From positions 310,001 to 374,000 of the forward strand of contig JAAOMT010000031.1 of the NCBI GenBank assembly GCA_016748015.1: a stretch of 64,000 nt of DNA. Direction: 5' to 3'. The position numbers and the translations under genes were made by a program. This DNA comes from Geosiphon pyriformis uo1. Taxonomy: Eukaryota > Fungi > Glomeromycota. The notes under the pieces are model-generated. The model made no database searches and had not been told where the DNA came from. It worked only from the letters and a program-made list of their open reading frames with translations. Below, in pieces: positions 39,122 through 54,221 of the stretch; the stretch's first letter is position 1; every line of letters starts with the position of its first letter.

Positions 39122-41581
39122 TCAATATTTGATTTTAAGTCGCTGATTTTCTTCTCGTAATCGTTCAACTTCCTCCCGAAGAGACGCTAAATCCCCGCAG
39201 TATTTCAAGAACATCATTTCCATTTCTGTCTGTGGAAAAAGTAATTAATGGAAAATCTCGGTCATTTTGAGATAAAGTGATTCAATCTTACTTTTTGAAT
39301 GTAAAACTGACGAATCAATTCGAGATGCATATTTTGTATATCATTTCGTAACGATATTTTAAATTCTTGGAAGCAATCGTCCACAATATTTTCAAGAACT
39401 TGATATTGAAAGGTTGGCGGAGTGATGTTATCATTCGGCTTAGCTGGGGTGGAGTTTGACACGTTACTAGATGAGGTTGATATATCTGTTAAAGGAGTTT
39501 TAAAAGGATCCAGCGGTGGTGGTTGGATTTCTTCTGGTGATAGAATAATAGATTGTTTCTCGGCAGGCGCATCCTTCATCAAAGATTGTTCTATAAACTG
39601 TTGTCGAGGGCGCTAATTTGATTAACCAATATAATTATCAAATTCTTGAATACAAGTCAGACTAATACATCTTTTTTTTTAAGTATTTACCTTGTTATTT
39701 GTAAGTCTTCCTTGACTTTCTGAAATCACCTCATCCTCAGAAAAAGCGACACGTTTTTGAGGAGTAATATTTGGCAAGACTGAATCCGCACACCCTATTG
39801 ATAAACTCCTAACGCCACCTATGATTTCTCTCGCTTCAGAAACGATTCTTGTCTTCAGTCCATCGATAGCTCCAGTGCTCAACATATCAGTGTCTCTTCG
39901 AATACTATCAATCTCGGGGCGTTTACCATCATCTGTTAATTCACCTTTCACTGGAGAAAACATTTCCATGTAATTCTTTTCTTGTGATTCATTGGTGACC
40001 GAAGGTACATTGACGCGTGGCTTTGGGGGAGGTGTTCCTCGGAAAGAGGTGCGCGTATTACTCTTTTGCCTGCTCAGAATACGTGGCTCGTGGATTTTTT
40101 CTTTATCCTGTTTAGATAATTAAATGGGATTTAGATTAGAAAATAAAGAGGCTAAAATTTGTCAAATACCTGGAAATGAAGAGATTGAATAGGATGATGT
40201 TCGGTTCCTAATAATAAGCCCATTGGTTTGCTAAGTGATCGCAAGTCATATACAATGATATCACCTAAAATTATACAAGAAAATTGGATTAATTTAGAGA
40301 TCTGAGGATGGTAAAAATCATTTATATACCTTGCATAGTCCCTGCAGCCAGTGTAAAACCATCTGGTTTAAATGCTAAAGTGGTCAAAGGCGAATCGGTA
40401 TATAAAGTTTTCAGACTCCTTTAATAATAAGCACAGGGCAATGATAAGGCCGGTCTGCTTGCACCATTCCTAGGTACACTTTGAATTTAACTTAAAGTAA
40501 GCTTACACTTTCTTGCCGACATCATATAGTACAATTCTTTTGTCAAGACCAGAACTGCACATTAAAGATGAATTTTGAGGCGAGAAAGCTATTCCTTTTA
40601 TTGATTGATGATGTACATTTTCAAATGTTTGGAGTGCTGTTGTGGACGCAGAGGTATCCCATAGTCGTAAATGGCAATCATCTCCTCCAGCAGCTAATAG
40701 CCCTGGTTTGTAATATGAATACTCCAAAATATTGATAGGCTTGTAGAAGATTAACAATAAATTTAGTTAACCAAGATCGTGCGGCTTCATAAATGAGCAA
40801 AAATTGTGGTTACAATACCTGAGAGGTTAACACTATTAAGTTATTTGATGAAGCCTGTCGTCGATTATGTACAATAATATTACCTCCAGAGTTAGAGCTA
40901 GCAACTAAATTTTCGTCCAAGTTCAAATCAAGGGATGTTATCGTGCTACGATGTCCCTATTCAGTTTCGGAAAATTTAAAATTTAGAAAATTTTCCAAAA
41001 AAACATAGAAATATAAGAGTTTACCTGAAGAGGATCAGCGTAAGCTTGTTGTTCCCGATCCCAAATGTGAACATCCTTATCTGTACCTCCGAACAGAATA
41101 TATCGCGATTTACTGGCAAAACGAAGAGCATTGATAGTGGGATATACCTACATTATTAACAGAGAAATTTCAGAAATCAAAAGAAGTAATATAACTAAGG
41201 AATTAGACTAACCGATTCCTCTGTGACATTCAGCGGTATCGAATGAAGCCTTGTCCCATTTTGGTCATGTATTGATATTCCACCCTCGTTACCGACAACA
41301 GCGAGATGCTTATCTATGTTTTAAAGTGAAGAATCTTTAAAAACTGCTAGTGGGTACATCAAGAGACCTTTTACAATAAAAAGGATACGATCTTGACTCC
41401 AGCGCACGCAGTTAACTGCTGTCGAACCTAAAGGGGAAAAAGAGACTTTCTCAAGACCAACCAATTGCTCAGGCGCTTTATTGGTTGTGGTTGAGTCATT
41501 TTTTTCTATAGTTGCCAAACTTGGAGAAAGATTCCATACTTTTACTTTGGCCGAGCCAGAGGCGAGTAAATTCGTGGACAT
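39122..41581 (-). CDS. NEDD1: NEDD1/GCP-WD: WD40 propeller plus C-terminal gamma-tubulin-binding coiled coil
   Basis: WD40 exons (LAAGGDDCHLRLWD, SSGLDKRIVLYD) and C-terminus LRNDIQNMHLELIRQFYIQKTEME...LREEVERLREENQRLK. Confidence 0.85.
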
Positions 41582-41818
41582 ATTCTCAAACGTAACAGCA
41601 GAGATCTGAATATGACCTCAATGAACAGATCACTCAGCGTAGAAGAAAATTTGTGCTGTGTGAAGATTCAATCAATAAGCAAATGTCAATGAGGTTTTAC
41701 CCAAGATGTCGCGTCGTAGGAAATGGGGAAATGGAGAATTCAGGAGTTACGTGACACTACCAACCAAAAATTTAAGAACATATTGTGTGGCGCTAATCAT
41801 CAATCTCTATTAAATACG

Positions 41819-42690
41819 ATGGTGGCTGGCGAGGATACTTGCACAAACACGAACAGAGTATCGACGCGTCCTGTCTTTTTTTATGAGTCAATGGTATGTC
41901 AGAGGAAATGTTCTTCTGTTAAACATGAAAGCGCCTGTGGCAGAACAGGACTGTCGGAAGTCAGTAATGTGCAGGGGTGGTCGGCCTTTGGTGAAGAACA
42001 GCTACTTGAGTGATTGTTTGATTAGCTTTGTTCAATAGGATTCTTGATTTTTTTACTGTCAAGTTGAGAATGCATGTCGGAATCAGGCAATTGCAAAGTA
42101 TAAATATGTTCTCCAAATCGCCTTGGAAGTAGAAGAAACAAGCAGTAAAAGAAAAGCTTCGAAATCTACAAAAAAAATACCAGTGTATGTAACTGAATAG
42201 TCTTTTCTTTGAGGTTTTATATTATTCCAAATTAGTACTTCTAACATCTGTGGTCTCTTCTGGCTAGGAAGCAATGCTTTTGCATGGTTGGGAGCAATGT
42301 ATGCAAGAAAAGACAGCAGTAGAAATTTGAAGAGTTAATTTCTTCTTGATGATCTTCAGCTTCATTTCGTGAATTCTAGTCGAATTCTTTTAAATATAGG
42401 TGATCAAAGCATCCCCTGAAGATATCATCACGGAAATGGAAAAGAATTGTTTAATCAAGGTAATCAGTCCGTGATTAGTATATTACTCTCGAAAATCAAA
42501 TCCTTATATTATTTGAATGTTAAAGGATGTATTTCCATAGTATTCAAAGATGTATTGCAAGAGGTATAGTTAAGATGGGCAATGATGCGTTTTTTAGTAT
42601 TAGTAAACGAAATTACCTCAATTGAATTGAAATCCCATATTTCGGCTATTTTTAGAACATTTTAAAGCAACTCTCGTAACCCCACCTCGC
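41819..42690 (+). CDS. Possible small multi-exon hypothetical gene divergent from NEDD1
   Basis: Gene-like composition with several GT..AG pairs and short open exons (e.g. AIAKYKYVLQIALEVEETSSKRKASK). No recognisable domain; structure unresolved. Confidence 0.3.
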
Positions 42691-44489
42691 TCATACTCTT
42701 GATTTCTCTTCACAAAATAGAATTTGTTTCTCTCCCATTTGCCTTCTTCAACAACATCAAATCATCCGTTCCTACCTTTCTAAAAATGTGATCTAACCGG
42801 GAGAAATCCATTCCAGACATCCCCTGCAGCTTTCCGAAATTTTGTATGTAGAGTATATATAATTATCAATATTTAAATTTCCGCTATAAACTGTTCCCGA
42901 AATCATGATAATTCACAAAATTTATACCAAAAGTGGATCTTTTAATGTGCGATAACATTCTGAACATTTCGGCAAGCCGGCCTCAAATATATTATCATCC
43001 CTTTATCTGTGTCATAAAATAGACATATAAGAGATCCATTAATGATTATACCCAAGATACCACATTTAAGACACTTGAATTCATCTGAAAGCTGTTCTCA
43101 TTTTTCATTGTTTCCAATCCATTATTTAATAATAATCAATATTTGAGATTTACTTTAGCCATTATAAAAATTACAAAAAATTCATAAGTATAATTAAATA
43201 CAATAATTAAATTATGCACTTTCATTAATTAAAATTTTTTGGTTTTTTAACATGAAGCTTAATATTTTTATTTTGCAATTATAAATAATAATAAAAACGA
43301 AACAAATAAATAAATTTTGATGGTGGTTTTTTAAAAAAAATACCAATAATAACACAAAAAACTTATATAAGCTAAAATTGTATTTAAAAATTCAAAATAA
43401 ATAAAAAAGTAAAAAAATTTATTAATTATAAATATTAATAAAAAAAAATAAAACTTTTTTGAATCTAAAATAATATCAAAATTAATTACCAAAAAAAATA
43501 AACAATAAAAATAAATTATAATTAATAAAATGCTTAATTTTTACATAGTGTATAATATTTATTTGCAATTTTATTTTTAAAATAATTGTATTTGTTAATT
43601 TGTTAAAAATATATACTATGTATTTTAATAATAATAATTGTAATAATTTTAAATTAATAAAATAAAAAAACAATAAAAAAACATAATCAAAATTAAAAAA
43701 AAAAAACACAAAAAAAACTTCTTTTTTTTTTATGTTCAAAATTTTTTAAAGAAAAAAGTTTTTTTATTTAATTTCTAATATTTTGTAAAATAAAACATAA
43801 TAAAAATAGTTTATTAATTTAATATTATTATAAAAACAATATTTTTAAATAATATAACAATTTTTATTTATTTAATATTATAATAAAAACAAAATTAATT
43901 ATTTTAATTAAAAAAATCATAATAAATATTTAAAAAATATAAATAATAATAAAAATTAAAAAAATTAATAATAAATATATAAAAAATTATAAAAAAAATA
44001 TGATTTAAATTGTTGATAATAAATATTTAAAACATATTTAAAACATAAAAAAAATTATTTATTTATTTAAAATTATAATAAAAAATTAAATTAATATAAA
44101 ATTAATTATTATTATTATTAAAAATTTTAATTCTTTTTTTTAATATTGTAAATTTTTTTTATTATATTTAATAAATAAAATTTAAATACTGCCTAGTTTA
44201 ATATATTAAAATAAATAATTTAAATTATATATATATAGAAACTATGTTTCTAATACTTAAAAAAACTGAACATAATTTATATATACTAAAATTAACACTA
44301 AAGACTTTAACAATCTTAAACAATTTAACTATATTATTAAACAAAATAAATAACAGACCAATAATACCTACAAAAAAAATTTATTATATAGAATTAAACT
44401 ATCTTTTTCTATAAAAGTCTGATATTTAGAATAAACAAACTAGATATTATTTTTATAAATTAGCCTGAAATTATGTACAAAGTTTATAA

Positions 44490-45319
44490 TTTACAGTGTT
44501 ACTTAAAAAAATTAAGAATATTATATAGTTAAAGAAATAGCCAATTGAAAGTAAATATAATAATAAAAAAATTCCAGAATTCCTTTGAAGAAATTCTGTA
44601 TAATACCAAATATATATATATAGTAGTAGCATTAAAAGCAAAAAAAGTATTCAGAATTCAGTTTAATTTTAGTTTAAGATCTCTTTTTTATTTATTAATT
44701 AATCCATCACTTTATAAATAATAATATTAACCAAAGTAAACTTACCAAAAATATCCAATAAACATACATATTATCATCTAATCTATATTATTGTCATTTA
44801 ATTGAAAATTTTTACTATTTATCTATTATTAACATAAAGTATTGATAATATTTAATACTTAATTATACTAAAATAATAGCTCTTGATCATGGCTATTGAT
44901 AAGATACTAATTCTTATTTTTTTTTGTGTTGTTTGTTGTTTATTTACTAATCTAAGAAATTAAGTACTGATTAATTAATGTCAAAAATAGCCTGATAAAA
45001 AACTCAAAAATAAGAGTATAGAATTTATAAATTAACAAATAGCTTATCAGAAGGGCATAACTGCCAGAATAAACTGGTTATTATGTTGAAGAAAAAAATT
45101 TGATAGAATAATCATTCCAAAAGACTACTAAAAACAATTATTGAATTTTTGTCTATTAAACAAAAAACTCTAACCCAAAACTTTCAGATATAAAAACTTT
45201 CAAAATATAAAAACCTTCAAATTACCAAAACTTTTAGATATTACTAATGTTATCAAGCTATTAAGCACCAAGTTATGAGTTTGTTATTTGTTTCAAATTT
45301 TAAATAATTATTTATAATA
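44490..45319 (+). mobile_element. Solo-LTR-like element family B, copy 1 (more decayed)
   Basis: Colinear with 59908-60770: CCAAT box, GAATTC-rich repeats, TATA, identical AATAGCTCTTGATCATGGCTATTGATAA core. The 5' limit is approximate. Confidence 0.7.
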
Positions 45320-45320
45320 G

Positions 45321-45898
45321 TGTATTAAATGTTTTTACTATTGTTTTTATCAATAAAAAGATAATGTTAAAAAAAATAGTAGTTTTTTGAATTGTTTATG
45401 GAAGACTAAATTATAAAAAAGAAGGTCTTCAATTTTACTGATCTTAATATTAGTAAATATTATAATATAAAGCTTAAAGAGCATACTTTTTAGCTTTTTT
45501 TGAAATTATAATCTAATTTCTTCATTTTTTTCATTTATTTTGTCTAATTAACTTTTTTTTATTTTTTATTATTTTCTTTTTGTCTGTTTTTTTTTCTAAT
45601 TAGAAAGTTATTATATATATACATATTTTAAATTATATATAATTGTACTTATTTTAACTAATTAATAAATAATTACTAAGTTATTAAATCTTCTGTTTAA
45701 TTGTGAATGTCTTTTGGCTTACTTGTTTATAATTATGTTAAATTAGACATGTTTGTACACATTTTGTATACTATTATATACATATTATATTTTATAATTT
45801 TATTTGTTGATCTTTATTATTTATACTATTATTTAATAATTAGTTAATATATTATATTATTATTATTTTTGATTTTTGTTAATTTCTATTAGATGACA
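45321..45898 (-). repeat. 3' LTR of the Gypsy element (TG...CA, 578 bp)
   Basis: Starts TGTATT and ends TGACA; aligns with 62764-63341. Confidence 0.85.
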
Positions 45899-48800
45899 TT
45901 ATTTTCTTCTTAAAATTAAGTTTTGTTAAAATTAATGTGCATTTTTTCAATTTAATGTTTAACATAAAAATCTGTATACTTGTTTAAACTATTTATTCTT
46001 ATAAGTCTTAAAATTTGTTATTAGTAAGCCTTCTAATTTTATTAAAAATAAATATATTTTTTTATTTGTTAATAATACTTTTGGGCAGTGTTAAAACAAC
46101 ACATAAAGTCGGTATACTGTCTTAAAATAGTATTTAAAGTTGTTTTTTTCAATTAGTTTTTCAAACTTCTGAAGTTTTGTTTTGTTAAATTCTTTGTTGT
46201 TTTTCTTGTTATAAATTGTTTGAAGATCTAATTGTGTGGCTATTATAAAATACATATAATAAAAAAAAACAATTAGATTTGTTTTTTTTTGAACATTGTA
46301 CTTTTTAGAAACTGAAATTTTTTCATGATTTTATTAATTAATATGTTAGCACTTTTTTATTTCTCATAATAAGAGTTAAAATAGTTTGTGTTTAATTTGT
46401 TTTCTCATATGACTAGATTTTTTATATATAATATTTTAGAATTATTAAGAGTAATTTCTAATGAAAAATTTTTTTTTGTAGTAATTGAAATAAAAATTAA
46501 GAAGTATTTATGATATCTTTAGATATATTTATAATAAAATAGATAAATAAATAACTAAACTAAACTATTTTATATATAAAAATTAAAGAAATTTTTTAAT
46601 AATTTGATGTTTTTGATTTTTTTTTAACTATTTTTGGAATTATTTTAATTTTTTTTAAATATTAATAATGATAATCCAAATGTGATTAATTGAATTAATT
46701 GTCTTATAAATAATATTTAATAATTACTATTAGCTTTAAGTCTTATAAAATTTGGTTAAAAGACACAATTAGTATATGTGTTCCTAATTTAGATATTAAT
46801 AAATCAGATAATTGTTATTAATATTAAATTTTTAATTAGTTATTATATACAACTTTTTTCAAAAATTTTTCACTTAAATATAACTTATATGTTTTATTAT
46901 TTAAGACATTATAAACATAGAAAAGATTGTTTTATTTGTTGTTAAATTTTCTGCTTTATTGTTTTTTTGTTTTTGTTTAATATAATAAAACTTTGTTTCC
47001 TATTTTGTAAATAATAGGTTGTTTTAAGAGTTTAATATTATATTAAATTTTTTATTGTTCTTAAAAATATTTAATACTATTAATTGTATATTAGCAATTG
47101 TCTTTTAGTTTTTTTAGTAATTTATACATTTATTTTTTAATAGTTTTTTATAAATTTTTTTTGTTATTGGTTCTGTTAAGTAGATATTTATTATTAGTTC
47201 TATAAATAATATAGTATTTTTTTTACATATTAATTCAAATAATGTAAATTTTATAGTGTCATGTTTTAATGTTCAATATATTAATAAAACTGAAAAAATA
47301 AATAAATCTCATTTTTGTTTTATTTTATTGCTTATTTTTGCCAGTAATTTACATAATGTTCTATTAAAATATTCTATTAATTTTATTTGTTTGTAAATAA
47401 AAAAATAATAAAAAAAGTTATTTTATTCCAAAACATTGGCTGATTTTAATAAGCAAATTATTTACAAAATAAATTTTTTAATCTGAAAATAGCTTTTTTA
47501 AACAGTCATGTTTACACATTAAATTTTTATATATAAAATCAGCAACTGATATAGCATTTGTGGTTTTAATAACTCTTGTTTCTGGTTATTTTGTTAAGTA
47601 GTTCACAATAATTACAATATATTAATTTTTTCTGATAATAATAGTTAGTAATTTTACCAAATTAATTTCTATTTTATTAAATAATTTTCTTATTTTAATA
47701 GATCACAAAAGTTTGGTTACTCTTAATTTTCTCTTTTTTTAATATATATTACAATTGTAAATATATTGAATAATATTAACATATATCTTTGTTCAATAAT
47801 ACAAACTAGTTGTCTACTAAATTCTGGCTTTTTTTGCAAAGTGTTTTACATTTAAATTTAAATGTATATTATAAAAAATAATTTTTTTTTTAGTTTTAAT
47901 AATTATTTAAAATAGATTATATTAGTGAAATTAATATAGTATATTGTTTTTAATTAGGTAGTATTTAGCTTGTTTTTGGATTTTTGTTTGTTTTTTTAAC
48001 AATAATTTTATTGGTAATTAAAGAATTATAAAATACTATATTAGGTATTAATATGTTTTAGTGTTTATTTTAATCAAGTAATAAGTGGTTTTTGGTAATT
48101 ATATGTGTTTTATTTGCAATAAACAGTTTGTATTGGTGTTTTTGGTATCTTTTTTACAAATAATATTATAGATATAAAGTTGTAATAAAGTAATTTATTT
48201 GATATAATATTTTTTTAATAAGCTTTTGTTTATTAGCCAAATAAGTTTTTTGTGGTTTGTAATAATATTAAAAGAGTTACATAATAAATATTGTCTAAAA
48301 TTTTATGATCTATATAATTACAAGACATTTTACTTTGTAAGTAGCATAATTTTTTTTAGCTATGCTTAAGCCTTTATTAATATATATGATTATATGCTCT
48401 TTTTTTATTTTATTGTAACAAAATAACATTCAAGTCTATTTAGAAACATTAGTTATAAGTATAAATTTCTTAGTAAAATTGGAATATACTAAGATTGAAG
48501 CTTTAATGAACTTTTGTTTCAAGTAGTTAAATGTTTATTTTTATTTTTTATTCTATTTTTATTTTGTATCTTTAGTTAATAATTAATTTAGAGATTAAAT
48601 TACTGTTAAAAAGTTATTTACAAATCTTTAGTAGTATAAAATAAATCTTAAAAATCTCCAAAGTTCAGTTAGATTTTAAGAACAAAAAAAAATTTTAATC
48701 TTCTTAATTTTTGCAGAATTGGATTTTATTCTGTTTTTTTCAATAATATGTTTTAGAAAAGTAAGTTGTAATTTTCTGAAGAAACATTTTTTGAAATTAA

Positions 48801-51800
48801 GTTTTAGTTTAATAGTCTAAAGTTTTATGAAAACTTGTTGTAAATATTTAAAATACTTTTCAATATTAGTGATATATTTGTATTGTTTAAATAGACTATT
48901 ATGAATTTTCACAAAACTCTGAAATAAACAATATTTATTAGTTATTGAAATATTATAGAAATATTGATTAATTTAAATAGTATTATATTAAATTTGTAAT
49001 TGTTATTTTAAGTTGTAAAGATAGTTTTTCTCAGTTATTGCAATTTATAACTACTTATTAATATTTACTAGTAAAATTTAGGGTCAAGAATTATTTAGAT
49101 TTTTCTAAAGTATCTAAGATTTTATTAATTTATAGTAAAAAATAAACATCTTTCTTGATAATATTATTGAGTTTTCTATAGTTAATACAGAATCGGACTT
49201 TTTTATTTTTTTTTATACTAAAATAATAAATAAAGATTATAAGCTCAAAAAAAATTGTATAAGTCTATTTTTTAATATTTAATTAATTTTTTTTTTATAA
49301 AATTATGTTCAAATAATAATACTTAATAAATATATTGCTTAATAGGTAATATATTTCCTATATGAATCTGGTAATAAGCCAAATTAATTTGACCAATTTT
49401 ATTTTTTGTGACAAAAATGTCTAAAAATTTTAAAATAAGTGTCTTTAATTGTTTTTGTTGTAAAAAGTCTAGTAATCTAAGATTAAGCTTAATTAACTCT
49501 TTATTGGTTATTTAGTAGTATTTAAGAGTTGACTTTAACAAAATTGGTTTAGTTTCACAATATAATACCAATTGAGAAAAGTTAAAGATTTTTTAAAATT
49601 TTTGTTAAATAATAATATTTGTACTTAAGTATTCTAAAACTATATTCTTAAGTAAATATATAATTTCTTTGGATAAGTTGTAAATAAATATTTTTATTTA
49701 TAAGTAGTTATAATATAATATATACAAATTGGTAAAACCAATTGGAAATTGTTTATAGATAATAATATAAGACTTAAATAAAAGATTTTTTTCTATTGTT
49801 TTCTTATAGATATTAAATAAGTATATTTCAAATAGTAAAATTGTAATTATTTTATCAATTTAGATTATTTTTATATTTTTTGTGTTATTTCTATATAGTT
49901 AATAGGTAAAGTAACTGTTTCTATAGAACTAAATTCTTGGATTTCTTATTTAATTTTTTTTAACTTTTTTTAGGTTTCAATAGTAATTAATCTAGCAATT
50001 CAGAATAAAGATAAAAAAATTGCTTGTATAATTTTTTTTAATTCAATCACATATAATTAGTTTAATTTATTATATAATAAGATTATAAAATTTTTTATGT
50101 ATTCAAAATCTATAATTTCTCTTTTAATATTAATTTTCTTCTTAGTTAAATTAGATTAAAAGACTATTTATATTATGACTCTAATTGGTATTTTAAATAC
50201 TATTTTTAAGTTTATTTTAATAATAACAAATAGTTCTAATATTAATGTTTTAGTTCTCAAAATATTAGAAATTAAATTCAGCATTGGTTAAATATACTTA
50301 CTTTGGAAGAATTTTTTGGTTGCTATTAATGAAGTGTTTAATATTTAATTTTTGTCAAAAATTAATAAAAATATGCAAGTCGTTTGATAACATTTTTAAT
50401 ATTTATAAAGTTTTGTTTTATGCTTTATAATTTAAATAATTTCTAAATTAAGCTGTTTTTTTAGATAATTTAAATTGAAATTAACAAAAATTAAACAGTT
50501 TTCATACAAATAAGTATTTATATATACAAAGTATTGTTTTTGTTCTGCTTATGTTAAACAAAATTCTTGATAATAATTTTGAAATTCTTGTAAAGAGTCT
50601 AAAAAATTGTGTTAGCAATTTTTTTAATAACTTTTGACAGTGTTTTTCAATTTTAAATTTCTTTAGCCATTTTACTTTATATGTTTGCTTTAACTATATT
50701 ATATAATTATTTAGCATTATTTAAGTAATAATAAATGTAATTTAGAGTTCTATTATAAGCAGTATCAAAAAAAGTTCTTTTTTTATCTAGTTAATAATAA
50801 AAACAGTATATTAACAAGTGAGATTACATCTGATTTCTCTAAATTACATATTAATTTAATTATATTTATTGGGTAAAATTTTTCATATACAATATAAAAA
50901 GTTTTGTCTTATTTTTTTGATTATTTTAAATATTTATACGTTTTTTTATAATATTAATTACAATAATAGTGGGTGGTTTGTTAATTATTTTCATATAAAA
51001 TAATATAAACTATTATAAAAGATAGTTTTTTTGACAAATTAAATATTGTAATTTTGGTTGATAACTTTAGTAATATTGGAGGCAAAAAAAATAAAATAAA
51101 ATAAAGTTAAAAGTTATATTAGTTTACACAGAAATAGATGGTAGTTTTTTATAGTTGTTTTCATTTTATACAACCTAATATGCTTTAATGGCTTTTGTTT
51201 TCAATGTTTTTTCAAATTCAAACTGGAGAAGATTATTTATATAGAAATTTTTTTTAAAATATCTGTATATAGTATATACTTATATGTATTGTTCTTGATA
51301 TATTAGTTGTAATTTTTAAGTCAATTAATTCAAAGTAATATTTGTTTTTTTTAACCAATTATTTCTAACTAGTGCTTGGTATTAAGTTGTATCTATTATT
51401 AATACTTTAATGAAAATAATTATTTTGTTTATGTTAAAGAAAAAGAAGTTAATTTTTCTAATTAGTATTTTTTTGGTTCTGTTAGCAGTAATAATAAAAG
51501 AGTTAATATTTCTGTTAATTTAATAACTTAATTGGTTCATTAATTAAATAATAATAATGTTTTTTGCTAATTTGCTATCTAAAACCAGTTTAATAGATTT
51601 ACTATCTGCTTTTGTTTTAGTATATATAACAATAATTGATTTATCTTTATTTAAAATAACCTTATTAAACAAAATAAAGGTGGATTTTTTTTCTTAAATT
51701 CAAAAAAAAATATAACAGCTAATGTTTTGTTAAGTAATAGTTATAGAAAAAATCATGCTGGTATTTTTATTGGTATTAATAACAGAATTTTTAATAATAT

Positions 51801-52267
51801 ATATGTTCTGATCTTTATAAAACATTATATTATAAGAATTTTATAATTTAGATAAGTTAAAAAATATTTGTTAATAATATATAAGAATATTGTATTATTT
51901 ATTTTAATTAGAGTTTTGTGATATTATTATGTTTGTTGTTGGCTAATCCAAAAGGTTTAAATTTGAAAATAAGTAATTTTTTCTTCAATTTGAGTATTAA
52001 AAATATAATTTGAAAGCTAATAATTGTTATAATTGTTGTAATAGAACTGAGTATTATGATTGAGCTGAGCTTTATTGTCATAATAGCTATTATTAAAAAC
52101 ACTATAAAATTGGTACTAAGTATTAATTCTAAAAAAAAAATATATTTTAATTTGCACTTTTTCTTTCGTCAATCTCCTGACCATAGCAAGAACAAGAAGT
52201 AAACTGATAGAATAGCTTTCTCCTTGTTCCTTTTTTCCCCTTTCATCTTAAAGTTATTTCTCTCAAT

Positions 52268-54221
52268 ATGCCTTTTTATGTTAACATAGAACTAACAGGC
52301 TCTTTTGCTGGTGGTTCGGGTTCTATTTTGGTGGGTTTGGGAACCCATTCTGGTGTTAAATCTAAGTGTTTGGTGAGTGCTCACTTGCGTGGTGCATCCT
52401 ACAAGAAACCTAAAAAGCCTGCTGCTGTTGGCAGTGTGGTCAATACATCTGCTGGCCCTATTAGCTTGGAAGATTTGGGTAAAGCTGGTGCCAAACCTGC
52501 AGTGTCCTGGGGTAGTGATGTCAGCAACATAGCGAGCAGTGTGAGTGGTCTTTTGGATGCAGAAAATATGATAAACTTGGTTGTCAAAGAGATGAGCTAT
52601 GCAGAATTTGGTAAGAACAATGGCATAGATGAAAATATGCCGAGGAAGACTCGTATTCAAACATACATGCTGGACAACCCACCAAAACAACTGTTGTTTA
52701 ACCGTATAAGTGATGATGACGATGTGCTAAAGCTTCCTCTCCTTATAGTTGATGGTGCCAATCAGGTGCCGCATATTAGGTTACATGCCCTGGAAAAAAG
52801 GAATTTTAAGCCAGTAAAATCTTTCACATTGGATATTGAGGTTTCGGCAGACAAATGTTGATAGGTTGATGGCAGTTAAAAAAATTTTTTATCAAGTTAA
52901 TGGATTTGGGAGAGCTTCAATTTCTTCAAAATTTCTAAGAATAATAAGATCTTTATTTACATCTGAAAAAAATTTATTTAAGGCAAGGGGATTGGCAATT
53001 AGTGAGAAGATTTTGGTAAATAATAATCTAAGGAAAGTAAACAGACATTCAGATTGGGAAGTGATTGTTAAGAAGATCCCAGTAAATCTTCTCAAATCGG
53101 CAGTGGATTCAGCATTTTCTAAATTTGGCAAAATTGTTTCAATCAAAATACAGCTGATTGGTCTTTGGCAAAAGACCCTGGTTAAGTTTAAGTCGTCTGA
53201 AGTAGCTAGTCTGGTTGTATCCAAATGGTTAGTCCTTATGAGAAAAAATTTGGTGCATGTGGCTTTGGCAGTCAGTGATAAACAAATGTGGGTATCAAGA
53301 GATCAGCATCAGGCTTTGCTTTATACTCTTCCAGTTGGCACTACTGCTCATAATCTTTCCAGTTTGTTGGAATCATATGGTGGGAAAACTTGTTTTATTG
53401 GCCGTAATCCTAATTTATATGTTCATAATAGATGTGCTATAATTTGTTTTGGTGATGAGGTGTTCAAGTTGGCTGCTATTGGTACCGTTCCAGTTTTCAA
53501 AAGTGTAAGTTTGCATTAGGCTGGTCTTTCTTTGGCCAGTTGCACTCATTGTAAAAAATTTGGTTATGTTACGGTCAACTGTTCCTTGGGTGAGAATTCT
53601 GGTGTTCGTGGGAAGAGGGTGGTTTCTGATCAAGATCGGATTCATCTGGCTGGGATATATAAGAAAAAGTTGGCTCTTATTGCTCGTCCAGTCTTATTTG
53701 GTAATAAAACATGGGCCTAAGTTGCTGGTGGCTCTCCTTCTCATGTGGTTCTCTCTGGTTTGGCTGGTGCTGGTTTGCATTCTGGTTTGGTTACTCCTTC
53801 AATGACGACTAATTCTCTCACCATTTCTCATTTGAATAACCAGCTGGCAATTTTGGAGTGCTCTTTGGAGCTTTTGACTGACTGTGTTTCTGGCATTTTG
53901 GTTCGACTGAAATCCATTGGTTTGGTTCCTGCGGCGAATCCTTCTTTGAGCTCTCTTCCTGCTGTTTCTGAGACTTTGACTTCTGATGTGGATTCTGATA
54001 TGATTGTGGATACTGCTTTGGTCTTGTCTGGCACTCCTTCATCTATTGTTCACAATGCTGTTGTTGAGCTCAACTCTAGTAGTTCCAAAGTTCTCACTGC
54101 CAAAGTGGGTGGTTTGGAAACAAAGTTGATTGCTTTGGAGGTCTCAGTTGGTTCAGTTTTGGATAAGTTAAATATTTTGTGCTTTGGTTTGGGTTTGTCA
54201 GTTCCCCTGTCTTCTCAATGA
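52268..54221 (+). pseudogene. LINE ORF1 (RRM-like region plus degenerate CCHC knuckle), interrupted
   Basis: VIVKKIPV...AFSKFGKIVSIKI and CTHCKKFGYVTVNC (His replaced by Tyr); one frameshift near 52850 and in-frame stops. Confidence 0.85.

Noticed and set aside
43482-43739. Short ORFs in AT-rich DNA, and antisense ORFs over the LINEs and genes
   Set aside because: Low-complexity or shadow frames without motifs.
44890-45030. Possible hammerhead ribozyme (TTGATAAG / CTGATAA resembling a mutated CTGATGA)
   Set aside because: The second copy reads CTAGTAA at the latter site, and I could not build the three stems with a GAAA core.
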